NCBI GenBank assembly: GCA_030065575.1
Contig: JASJDZ010000024.1
Coordinates: 1,717 to 65,716, forward strand
Origin: Acidimicrobiia bacterium
GTDB lineage: Bacteria; Actinomycetota; Acidimicrobiia; Spongiisociales; UBA5794
Direction: 5' to 3'
Length of the DNA: 64,000 nucleotides
Part shown: positions 36,992-45,274 of the stretch, piece by piece
Position numbering within the stretch: position 1 is the first letter of the stretch
Layout of the letters: every line of letters begins with the position of its first letter
The notes under the pieces: model-generated
What the model saw: the letters and a program-made list of their open reading frames with translations, nothing else
What the model was told of the DNA's origin: nothing
Database searches by the model: none
Made by a program: the position numbers and the translations under genes

Positions 36992-39283
36992 GTGGCACGG
37001 GTAAAGCTCGACATCACGCGTCGTGCGTTCCTCAAGGGTGGCTTGGCTACCGGTGGGCTAGCAGTAATGGCTCCTACGGCCTCGATCGGCGCCGTCAACG
37101 GGATGCTCAACGCACAAGATCCCTGGTACCGCGAAGGCGCGATCGAGACCACTTACAACGTTTGTGACGTATGCCCATGGCATTGCGGCATCGTTGTGCA
37201 AACTGTCAATGGCGTCGTTCGCAAGATCGATGGCAACCCCAAGGACCCGAAGAGCAGAGGCATGCTCTGCGCCCGCGGCCAGGGTGGCGTTTCGTTCATG
37301 TACGACCCCGACCGACTCCAATCGCCGATGATTCGAACCGGCGAACGTGGGTCGGGCCAGTTCAGAGAGGTCACCTGGGAAGAAGCTCTCGACTACACGG
37401 CCGCGGCGCTGCTCGACATCAAAGACAAGTACGGCGAAGAAAGCCTCGCAGTCTTCGCCCATACATCCGGTGATCACTGGTTCGCCGATCACTTTGCCCA
37501 AGCCTGGGGGACCCCCAACGCAGCCAAGCCATCATCCTCGCTCTGCCTCAGCCCCCGTGATGAGGCGGCAACTCTGACTTATGGGTCGGCCGTCGGCGGT
37601 CATGAACCGGTCGATTGGGATGGCATCCAGGCGATGACCCTCATCGGCAGCCACATCGGGGAGGATGCGCGCAACACGGTGATGCAGGACTTCGCCAACG
37701 CTCACGCCCGTGGCGCCAAAGTGATCGTGGTAGATCCGCGGTTCTCGAGTGTTGCGGCCAAGGCCGACTACTGGTTGCCCATCAAGCCGGGCACCGACAC
37801 TGCGCTGATGCTGGCCTGGATGAACGTTCTCATCGCCGAGGATCTCTACGACAAGGCCTATGTCGCGGAATGGGCCGAGGGCTTTGACGATTTGGCGGCT
37901 CATGTCGCCGAGTTCACTCCCGACTGGGCGGCCGGTATCACCGACCTCCCGGCCGCCCAGATTCGGGAGACAGCTCAGGTCATGGGGGCAAATCTACCGC
38001 GCGCCGCGGTCATCCCCGGACGTCACACGGTTTGGTACGGCAACGACAGTCAGCGGATGCGGGCTACCTACCTGGTCAACACGCTTCTCGGTGCCTACGG
38101 CCGGGAAGGCGGGATGTACTTCAACAAGAGCGCTTACCTGGAAACGTACCCGCACCCGCCCTACACCGTCGCCGGCAGCTCAGGCGGTTGCTCTGCCGAG
38201 CCCGGCGAGGAGACTGCGGAACTGCCTCTCGGCCCGACCGGCAAGGCCCGGGCCGACGGGGTACGTGAGTCGTTCATGCGGGGCCCAACGGCGATGCAGG
38301 AGCTCATTGATCCAATGATTTCCGGCGATCCGTATCCGATCAAGGGCCTCATTGCCTACGGGGTCAACATGCTCAACTCGATCCCGAACCCGCAGAAGAC
38401 GATTGAGGCTCTCAAGGCTCTCGAGTTCGTGGTTGCCATCGATGTTCTGCCCCAGGAGCACATCGCTTGGGCGGATGTCGTGCTGCCTGAGGCGACCTAC
38501 CTGGAGCGGTACGAAGACCTGTTGACCGTCTCCCATAGGACACCGTACATCGCGCTGCGCGAGCCGGCTGTTGATCCTCTCTACGACACGAAACCCGGTT
38601 GGTGGATCTCCCGTGAGCTCGGCACCCGGGTCGGTCTCGACGCTTTCTACAAGTGGGAGAACATCGAGGAGTACATCGACAAGCGGCTGATTTCGGTCGG
38701 CTCCAACATCGAGGGGCTCAGAGAAGAGGGTGGAATCATCACCCAGAACGGGAAGCCATACCTGGAGGACTTCGACGGGTCGTCGCCCTTCGGCACCGGG
38801 TCCGGGAAGATTCAGCTGTACTCACAAGATCTTGCCGAGGCCGGCCACGAAGCGATGCCGGTATACGAGCCCGTCGACGAGCCGCCGACCGGCTTCTTCC
38901 GGCTTCTGTACGGGCGCAGCCCGGTGCACACTTTCGCCAAGACGCAGAACACACCGGTCTTGCATGACATCGATCCGGAGAATGAAATCTGGGTGAATGC
39001 CGACGCTGCGGAGCAGCTCGGTGTGGCCGATGGTGACTACGTCATGCTGGAGAACCAGGACGGTGCTCGCAGCGGTCCGGTCAAGGTGAAGGCAACCGAG
39101 CGGATTCGCCGGGACGCCGTGTACATGGTGCACGGATTCGGGCAGAACGCACCCGGGCTCACCAACGCCAATGGCAAGGGTGCCAGCGACACGAAGTTGC
39201 AGACCCGGTACAAGCTCGATCCCATCAGCGGGGGAGCGGGGATGAGAGTCAACTTCGTCAGACTCGACAAGGAGGGAGTGTGA
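36992..39283 (+). CDS. Tat-exported molybdopterin oxidoreductase, PhsA/PsrA-like catalytic subunit
   Basis: Twin-arginine signal ITRRAFLKGGLATGGLAVMAP; 4Fe-4S motif CDVCPWHCG...LCARG; about 760 aa, the size of thiosulfate/polysulfide reductases; GTG 36992 preceded by AAGAGG. Confidence 0.8.
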   Translation: MARVKLDITRRAFLKGGLATGGLAVMAPTASIGAVNGMLNAQDPWYREGAIETTYNVCDVCPWHCGIVVQTVNGVVRKIDGNPKDPKSRGMLCARGQGGVSFMYDPDRLQSPMIRTGERGSGQFREVTWEEALDYTAAALLDIKDKYGEESLAVFAHTSGDHWFADHFAQAWGTPNAAKPSSSLCLSPRDEAATLTYGSAVGGHEPVDWDGIQAMTLIGSHIGEDARNTVMQDFANAHARGAKVIVVDPRFSSVAAKADYWLPIKPGTDTALMLAWMNVLIAEDLYDKAYVAEWAEGFDDLAAHVAEFTPDWAAGITDLPAAQIRETAQVMGANLPRAAVIPGRHTVWYGNDSQRMRATYLVNTLLGAYGREGGMYFNKSAYLETYPHPPYTVAGSSGGCSAEPGEETAELPLGPTGKARADGVRESFMRGPTAMQELIDPMISGDPYPIKGLIAYGVNMLNSIPNPQKTIEALKALEFVVAIDVLPQEHIAWADVVLPEATYLERYEDLLTVSHRTPYIALREPAVDPLYDTKPGWWISRELGTRVGLDAFYKWENIEEYIDKRLISVGSNIEGLREEGGIITQNGKPYLEDFDGSSPFGTGSGKIQLYSQDLAEAGHEAMPVYEPVDEPPTGFFRLLYGRSPVHTFAKTQNTPVLHDIDPENEIWVNADAAEQLGVADGDYVMLENQDGARSGPVKVKATERIRRDAVYMVHGFGQNAPGLTNANGKGASDTKLQTRYKLDPISGGAGMRVNFVRLDKEGV

Positions 39284-39284
39284 C

Positions 39285-40064
39285 ATGAGTCAATACGCAT
39301 TCCTCCTCGATCTCGGCCGCTGCATCGGATGTCAGGCATGTGTGGCCTCGTGCAAGGTCGGCAACGAGCTCGGTATCGGGCAGCAGTACATCGAGCTGAT
39401 CGAAAAGACTCATGGCGAGTTCCCCAACCTCACCGGCGGGTGGGACAACCACCGCTGCTACCACTGCGGTGACGCCGCCTGTATCGCTGTGTGCCCCACC
39501 GGTTCCCTGTTCAAAGAAGACGGTCTCACTCGTCTCGACCGCAGCACCTGCAGCGGATGCTCGTACTGCACCGAGGCCTGCCCCTATGACATCCCGGTGA
39601 TGTGGGAGGGCAAGTCGAGCAAGTGCGACGGCTGTGCAGACACAGTCAAGGCCGGCGGCAGCCCTTGGTGCGTGGGAACCTGCCCGAGCATGGCGCTCGA
39701 GTACGGGCCCCGCGAAGAGATCCGGGCCGAAGCACATCGTCGTGCTGACGCTCTGCGCAACCGCTATCCGAACGCTCAGGTGTACGGCGAAACGCAGGCC
39801 GGCGGGCTCGGGATGCTGGTCGTGATGCCAGATGATCCCGAGCTGCTTGACATCCCGATCGACCCGAAGACGCCGTTCATGGCGCAGGCATGGCAGAAGA
39901 TCGTTCAGCCTGCCTCCGTCGGCATCACCATCGGTGCTGCGGTTGTCGCCGGAGCTGCAGCCGTTGTCGCCAGGCGACGGCACGAAGAGGAGCTCGACGA
40001 GCTCGAAGCGGCGGGCGTGATCAGCGGGCACGGAGATGAGAAGGAGCAGGAGGAGGACGAATGA
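39285..40064 (+). CDS. 4Fe-4S ferredoxin-type electron-transfer subunit (PhsB/FdnH-like) with C-terminal TM anchor
   Basis: 259 aa; CIGCQACV.SC, C.HC.DAAC...CP, CSGCSYC..ACP, C..C cluster motifs; C-terminal hydrophobic helix IVQPASVGITIGAAVVAGAAAVV. Confidence 0.85.
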   Translation: MSQYAFLLDLGRCIGCQACVASCKVGNELGIGQQYIELIEKTHGEFPNLTGGWDNHRCYHCGDAACIAVCPTGSLFKEDGLTRLDRSTCSGCSYCTEACPYDIPVMWEGKSSKCDGCADTVKAGGSPWCVGTCPSMALEYGPREEIRAEAHRRADALRNRYPNAQVYGETQAGGLGMLVVMPDDPELLDIPIDPKTPFMAQAWQKIVQPASVGITIGAAVVAGAAAVVARRRHEEELDELEAAGVISGHGDEKEQEEDE

Positions 40065-40744
40065 CCACGCAGAAGGTTCCACTCGGCGATCGTGAGGTCC
40101 TTCGCTACCGCAAGCGGCCCAGAATCGTCCACGCCATCCTCGCCAGCTCGTTCCTGATCCTCCTCCTCACCGGCTTGGTGATCCTGTGGCCGGCCCTGTC
40201 GTTTCTCGCCCCGGGTGGGGCGACACGGTGGCTGCACCGGGTAGCTGCCGTCGGGTTCATGTCGGTGCCGATCGTGTATCTGATCGTCGATCGTGAGGGC
40301 GCCAAGGAGCTGATGGTTGACTCGTTCAAGTACGACCGGGACGACTGGCGCTGGATCAAGAGGTTCTGGTCGTATGCCTTTGGGCACACCGCCAACATGC
40401 CCAAGCAGGGGCGCTTGAACGCAGGTCAGAAGATGCATCACGCCCTGGTGATGCTCCTCTCGGCCTCAATAGTCGCCTCCGGATTGGCGCTGTGGTTCTT
40501 CATGCCATCGCTAGGTCCGACCGGACAGGCATGGGCTGCCGTGATCCACGATCTTTCGATGCTGGCACTGACGTTGCTGTTGGTGGGGCATCTCTATTTC
40601 ACCTTCGTCTACAAGGCGCTCTCGGGTATGACCCGTGGCTACGTCGATATCGATGAAGCCCGGCTCGAGCACGCCAAGTGGGTGGAGGAACTCGAGCAAG
40701 AAGCAGCCGAAGAGGCTGCAGAGGAAGACAAACAAGCAGTTTGA
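40061..40744 (+). CDS. cytochrome b membrane subunit (FdnI/PhsC-like)
   Basis: 227 aa; 4 TM with conserved His (RIVHAI.., WLHR.., KMHHALV.., VIHDLS..GHLYF); ATGA overlap with the upstream gene. Confidence 0.7.
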   Translation: MTTQKVPLGDREVLRYRKRPRIVHAILASSFLILLLTGLVILWPALSFLAPGGATRWLHRVAAVGFMSVPIVYLIVDREGAKELMVDSFKYDRDDWRWIKRFWSYAFGHTANMPKQGRLNAGQKMHHALVMLLSASIVASGLALWFFMPSLGPTGQAWAAVIHDLSMLALTLLLVGHLYFTFVYKALSGMTRGYVDIDEARLEHAKWVEELEQEAAEEAAEEDKQAV

Positions 40745-40792
40745 CACAAGAAGGGCTCGCAATGCCGAGCTCGCATCAAGAAAGGGAAAGCA

Positions 40793-41758
40793 ATGAACAT
40801 GCTCCGTCGCATGTCTCTGATAGCGCTGGTCCTCGCCTTCGGACTCATCGCCGCCGCCTGTGGTGGCGACGACGACACAACCGATGCAACCCAGGGAGAC
40901 GCGCAGCCGCTGGAGACAACCACCGAGGCTCCGGCCGAGACAACCGAGGCTCCGGCTGAGGAGACCACAACGACCGCAGCTCCGGAATTCGATCTGGTTG
41001 CCGCCGTCCAGGAATACGAAAGCACCATCCCCGACGGGTGGATGAACGTCGGTGACGTCACCTCGTTCAAGGATGCACTTGCTGCCAGCGGTGGTCTGGT
41101 TATCGATGTGCGTCAGCCCAACGAGTACGAAGAGGGTCACATCCCGGGCGCAATCAACATCCCGCTGCGTGAACTCGCCGCCAATGTTGACAAGATCCCG
41201 ACCGACAAGGCCGTCTACGTGTACTGCCAGTCCGGCTTCCGTGCCGGTGTTGCGGTTTCCGCAATCCGCCTGATGGGCTACGACAACGCATTGGCGTACA
41301 AGGACAGCTACCTGGGTTGGACCGAGGCCGGTGAAGAGGTCTCGACCGACCCCGTCGAGGCTGAGGTCTTTGGCGATCCCGGGTTTGCTCCCGAGCTCGT
41401 TGCTGCCGTCGATGACTATCTGTCCACCCTTCCCGATGGATGGGGCATCATCCGTTCCGTCGAGGATGTGCAGGGCGCTCTCGACGCCGGTTCCGTCATC
41501 CTCGATGTCCGCAGCGACGGCGAGTTTGAAGAGGGTCACATCGAAGGTGCGATCCTGACGCCGCTGCGTACCATCTCCACGGCGGAGAACACCGCCAAGA
41601 TCCCGACCGACACGCAGTTCATCATCCACTGCAAGTCTGGTTGGCGGGCGACCATCGCCATGCCGGTAATCGGGGTCCTCGGATTCGATAACTGGAAGGT
41701 CTTCCCCGGCGGCTGGAACGCCTGGGTCGATGCCGGAGCGCCTGTCGTCACCGGCTGA
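40793..41758 (+). CDS. lipoprotein with two catalytic rhodanese domains (sulfurtransferase)
   Basis: Lipobox LIAAAC; two rhodanese domains, each with an active-site loop (CQSGFRAG, CKSGWRAT). Confidence 0.85.
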   Translation: MNMLRRMSLIALVLAFGLIAAACGGDDDTTDATQGDAQPLETTTEAPAETTEAPAEETTTTAAPEFDLVAAVQEYESTIPDGWMNVGDVTSFKDALAASGGLVIDVRQPNEYEEGHIPGAINIPLRELAANVDKIPTDKAVYVYCQSGFRAGVAVSAIRLMGYDNALAYKDSYLGWTEAGEEVSTDPVEAEVFGDPGFAPELVAAVDDYLSTLPDGWGIIRSVEDVQGALDAGSVILDVRSDGEFEEGHIEGAILTPLRTISTAENTAKIPTDTQFIIHCKSGWRATIAMPVIGVLGFDNWKVFPGGWNAWVDAGAPVVTG

Positions 41759-41780
41759 TCTCCAAGATCGGTAACAAGAG

Positions 41781-41810
41781 AGAAGGGGCCGGTTCGCCGG
41801 CCCCTTTCTC
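41781..41810 (+). terminator. Rho-independent terminator after the rhodanese gene
   Basis: GGGGCCGG-UUCG-CCGGCCCC followed by UUUCUC. Confidence 0.85.
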
Positions 41811-41813
41811 GCG

Positions 41814-41857
41814 TCTTGCGTAGCGTGCGGCGTAATGGCGCCGGTATCTACGCCAGA
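41814..41857 (+). repeat. REP-like palindrome, family 1 (TCTTGCGTAG...CTACGCCAGA)
   Basis: Outer arms as in the 27229 copy; inner hairpin CGGCG-TAATGG-CGCCG. Confidence 0.75.
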
Positions 41858-41906
41858 GTGATTCACGAGATTGTCCGAGACCCTCTGCGGATGTAATGTC
41901 TGCCGC

Positions 41907-41945
41907 ATGACATTGAGCAACAGCTGGTGGTGGTCGAGGCGGTAA
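41907..41945 (+). CDS. Trp-rich leader peptide MTLSNSWWWSRR
   Basis: ATG ACA TTG AGC AAC AGC TGG TGG TGG TCG AGG CGG TAA; three consecutive UGG codons, 25 nt before a terminator and 73 nt before the trpS start. Confidence 0.65.
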   Translation: MTLSNSWWWSRR

Positions 41946-41969
41946 CTGCCTTCGCGCGCCATTCAGCAA

Positions 41970-42001
41970 CGCCGGAGGCACCAGCCCCGGCGTTTTCTCT
42001 T
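41970..42001 (+). terminator. intrinsic terminator of the trpS leader (attenuator)
   Basis: CGCCGG-A-GG-CACCAG-CC-CCGGCG followed by UUUUCUCUU, ending 17 nt before the trpS GTG. Confidence 0.7.
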
Positions 42002-42017
42002 GACGAGAGGATCGAAA

Positions 42018-43004
42018 GTGGATAGGCAACGAGTCTTTTCCGGGTTACAGCCCACCGGTAACGTTCATCTGGGCAACTACCTGGGAGCGTTGCGCAACTG
42101 GGTGAAACTGCAGGATTCGTACGACTGCGTCTATTGCGTCGTCGACCTCCACGCGATCACGGTCGACTACGACCCGAAGCAGTTCGAGCAGGACCGCATC
42201 GAGGCGGCCAAGGTGCTGCTGGCTTGCGGCATCGACCCGGACAACTCCCTGTTCTACTTCCAGAGTCAGGTCCCGCAGCACAGCGAACTGGCTTGGATTC
42301 TCGGTTCGATGACGCCGACCGGCGTGCTCAACCGAATGACGCAGTACAAGGACAAGGTCGCCAGAGGTGAGGCAGCCAATCTCGGTCTCTATTCGTACCC
42401 GGTGCTGATGGCCGCTGACATCCTGCTCTATCACGCCAATCTGGTTCCGATTGGTGACGACCAGCGGCAGCACCTCGAGATGACTAGGGATCTTGCGGAG
42501 CGGTTCAACAACCGATTCGGAGACGTCTTCCCGGTTCCGGACGCCCTCATTCCTGAGACGACCGCCCGGGTTATGTCGCTTGCGGACCCGACCGCAAAGA
42601 TGTCCAAGTCGGATCCCAATGAGAAGAGCCGTGTGCTCATCCTCGACTCCCCAGACGTGGTCCGGAAGAAGATCAAGTCGGCGGTGACTGACTCCGATCC
42701 GGAGGTCCGCTTCGATCCCGAGAACAAGCCGGGCATCTCGAACCTGCTCGAGATCATGTCCTCATGCACGGGCGGGACGATCGACGATCTGGTGGGCGAG
42801 TATGCGCACGGCGGCTACGGGAAGTTCAAGGAGGCCGTTGCCGAGGCGGTCATTGCTGAGTTGGCGCCGATTCGGAGCGCCTATCAGAACTATGACGACG
42901 AGGAAGTGGCTCGGGTAATGCGTCGCGGCGCTCTCGACGCCCGTACCCAGGCCGAGGGCTTCCAACAGATGGCCCGCGAAGCCACGGGTCTAGCTGCGAT
43001 CTGA
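42018..43004 (+). CDS. trpS: tryptophan--tRNA ligase
   Basis: VFSG.QPTG..HLGNYLGA (HIGH-type), KMSKS at AKMSKSD; GTG 42018 preceded by GAGAGGA (ORF track begins at TTG 42000, inside the terminator U-tract). Confidence 0.93.
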   Translation: MDRQRVFSGLQPTGNVHLGNYLGALRNWVKLQDSYDCVYCVVDLHAITVDYDPKQFEQDRIEAAKVLLACGIDPDNSLFYFQSQVPQHSELAWILGSMTPTGVLNRMTQYKDKVARGEAANLGLYSYPVLMAADILLYHANLVPIGDDQRQHLEMTRDLAERFNNRFGDVFPVPDALIPETTARVMSLADPTAKMSKSDPNEKSRVLILDSPDVVRKKIKSAVTDSDPEVRFDPENKPGISNLLEIMSSCTGGTIDDLVGEYAHGGYGKFKEAVAEAVIAELAPIRSAYQNYDDEEVARVMRRGALDARTQAEGFQQMAREATGLAAI

Positions 43005-43015
43005 GGCACACTCCA

Positions 43016-43076
43016 CCCCCGTTCTGGCGTCCGAGAGCGGAACATATTCCGATTTGGGACGCCAGAGTTGTGGGGG
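43016..43076 (+). repeat. REP-like palindrome, family 1 (TCTGGCGTCC...GGACGCCAGA) with CCCCC/GGGGG extension
   Basis: 10-bp outer stem (43023-43032 / 43057-43066), inner hairpin CGGAA-CATA-TTCCG; the last two stem base pairs differ from other copies in a stem-preserving way. Confidence 0.75.
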
Positions 43077-43116
43077 AGTCTCACCGTCGCGTGTCGCTGC
43101 CTCCGTGCCAGAGGGG

Positions 43117-43407
43117 TCAGCTCTGATCTCCTGATTCCTTCGCCCTTTCCTCGGCGAGGAACTGCTGGTACTTGCGTCCCTCTCGACCGCTTGTATCGAT
43201 GTAGTACGAAGCGACATGGAAGGCGACGCCGAGCCCCCATCCGATCGTGATCCAGTACGCCCAGTCCACTCCGCCGACCCTCAGGTCGAGGAACCAAAGG
43301 AAGGCGTTGATGATCACGAACGTGGCCACATGCCACATCATGTCCGAGTACTCCTTGGCGCGCTGTCGTGCTCGCTCCTCTGGGGTCGTTGCCTTCTGGC
43401 GGGCCAT
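43117..43407 (-). CDS. 2TM-domain small membrane protein
   Basis: MARQKATTPEERARQRAKE...HVATFVIINAFLWFLD...WAYWITIGWGLGVAFH; ATG 43407 preceded by AGGAGG. Confidence 0.6.
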   Translation of the reverse strand: MARQKATTPEERARQRAKEYSDMMWHVATFVIINAFLWFLDLRVGGVDWAYWITIGWGLGVAFHVASYYIDTSGREGRKYQQFLAEERAKESGDQS

Positions 43408-43588
43408 TGCTCCTCCTGTTCGCTCGAGGCTCACGTCCTGGTTACATTGTGCATGGCTCTGTGAGGCGGGTCATCGATCAGGAGATGGTACGCCCGATCA
43501 ACCGATCAGTTGACTACAAATCGCCACTCGGTCGATACCGCTCGGGATACCGGTGGTTCACTCTGTGGAGAACGAGAAAGGAAGGGTG

Positions 43589-44491
43589 ATGGCGGTAATC
43601 GAGGTAGAGAACCTCATCAAGAACTACGGCGGAACGAATGTTGTCGACGGCATCTCATTTGGCGTCGAAGCAGGAGAGATCTTTGGGATTGTCGGCCCCA
43701 ACGGTGCCGGTAAGACGACAACCGTTGAGTCGGTCTCCGGCCTGCGTGTTCCCGATGGCGGCTCGATCAGTGTGCTCGGCCTGGATCCGCAGCGCGACCA
43801 CTACGAGGTGGCGCAGCGAGTGGGTGTGCAGCTGCAGGAGAGCAGGTTGCAGGACAAGATCCGGGTCCATGAGGCCCTGGAGCTCTATGCGTCCTTCTAC
43901 GACACACCTGCAGACTGGGGTTCGCTCCTCGATCGGCTGGGCCTCGAGGGCAAAGCCAACGCCGGCTACTCGAGCCTCTCAGGCGGGCAGAAGCAACGCC
44001 TTGCCATTGCCCTCGCCCTGATTGGAACGCCCGAGATTGCAATACTCGACGAGCTGACCACCGGCCTCGACCCCCAGGCTCGTCGCGACGTGTGGGGCAC
44101 GATCGAGCAGATCCGTGACAGCGGGGTGACAGTCGTTCTCGTCACCCATTTCATGGAGGAGGCGGAGCGGCTGTGCGATCGCATCATGGTCGTCGACCAG
44201 GGTCGGGTGCTCGCCCTCGACACGCCCAGCGGTCTCATCAAGCGCATCGGAGCGGGTCAGGTCATTCGATTCCGACCCTCTGCGGAGGTGGCCGACTCAG
44301 AGTTGTCCGCACTTCCCGGCGTCGAAGGCGTTCTCCGGAAGGGGGAGATGGTCGAAATCGCGGGCACCGACGATGCGGTGCATGCCGTCACTTCGTTCCT
44401 GGCCCAGCGTCAGATCATTGCCCATGAGCTTCGGATAGAACAGAACAGCCTCGAGGATGCCTACCTCGCTCTGACCAAGGAGGGCAAGTGA
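43589..44491 (+). CDS. ABC transporter ATP-binding protein (ABC-2/DrrA-like)
   Basis: Walker A GPNGAGKTT, signature LSGGQKQRL, Walker B AILDELTTGLD. Confidence 0.9.
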   Translation: MAVIEVENLIKNYGGTNVVDGISFGVEAGEIFGIVGPNGAGKTTTVESVSGLRVPDGGSISVLGLDPQRDHYEVAQRVGVQLQESRLQDKIRVHEALELYASFYDTPADWGSLLDRLGLEGKANAGYSSLSGGQKQRLAIALALIGTPEIAILDELTTGLDPQARRDVWGTIEQIRDSGVTVVLVTHFMEEAERLCDRIMVVDQGRVLALDTPSGLIKRIGAGQVIRFRPSAEVADSELSALPGVEGVLRKGEMVEIAGTDDAVHAVTSFLAQRQIIAHELRIEQNSLEDAYLALTKEGK

Positions 44492-45243
44492 TGTCGTCGT
44501 CAGCCACCATGAAGCTTGCCCAATCTGAGACCAGGCTCTTTCTCCGTGACCCTATAGCGCTGTTCTTTGGGCTGGTCTTCCCTTCGGTGTTGCTGCTTGC
44601 CCTCGGCTACTTCTTCCCCGGCTTCGGCGACGAACCGGCGGCTGATCTCGGCGGATTGCGGTATATCGACACGTACACCCCGATCGCAATCGGCTTGGGC
44701 CTGGCCACGTTGGGGCTCGTGACCTTGCCACCCATTCTCGGGACCTATCGCCAGTTCGGGATACTGCGGCGTTTGCGTACCACCCCCGTCCATCCGGCCC
44801 GGCTGCTGTGGGCGTTGATGGCTCTACACATCGTTGTGGCCGTCCTCGCACTCATTGCGGCGATGACTGTTTCGATCGTCGCTTTTGATGTCGTGTTCCC
44901 CGAGAACTTCGTTGCGTTCGTGCTTGTCTTCTTGCTGTCGGCCGCATCCATCTTCTCGGTTGGGCTGCTCGTCGGAGCCATCGCAAGGACGACTTCGTCG
45001 GGCGCAGCCATAGGAATGTCGATCTACTTCCCGTTCCTGTTCCTGGGCGGCGTGTGGATCCCCCGCCAGGTCATGCCCGACGGTTTGCGGTTCGTCAGCG
45101 ATCTGACGCCGCTGGGAGCTGCTGTGGGGGCCATGGATGATGCGTGGTTCTCCGGCACAGTGGATGTTGCCCACCTTCTGGTCATGGCCGTCTACGTCGT
45201 CGTTGTTGGCTTGCTGGCGATCCGGGTATTCCGCTGGGAGTGA
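44488..45243 (+). CDS. ABC-2 type transporter permease
   Basis: 251 aa, 6 TM; ATGA overlap with the ATPase gene. Confidence 0.8.
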   Translation: MMSSSATMKLAQSETRLFLRDPIALFFGLVFPSVLLLALGYFFPGFGDEPAADLGGLRYIDTYTPIAIGLGLATLGLVTLPPILGTYRQFGILRRLRTTPVHPARLLWALMALHIVVAVLALIAAMTVSIVAFDVVFPENFVAFVLVFLLSAASIFSVGLLVGAIARTTSSGAAIGMSIYFPFLFLGGVWIPRQVMPDGLRFVSDLTPLGAAVGAMDDAWFSGTVDVAHLLVMAVYVVVVGLLAIRVFRWE

Positions 45244-45274
45244 TGCTCGTTGGAGCGACGAGCGGGAGCTAGGA

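Noticed and set aside
41860-42001. T-box riboswitch upstream of trpS
   Set aside because: The only T-box-like string (GGUGGU) is the UGG codon run of the mini-ORF. No specifier-loop or stem I architecture or full T-box consensus was recognisable, and a leader-peptide attenuator explains the region better. An Infernal T-box search would settle it.
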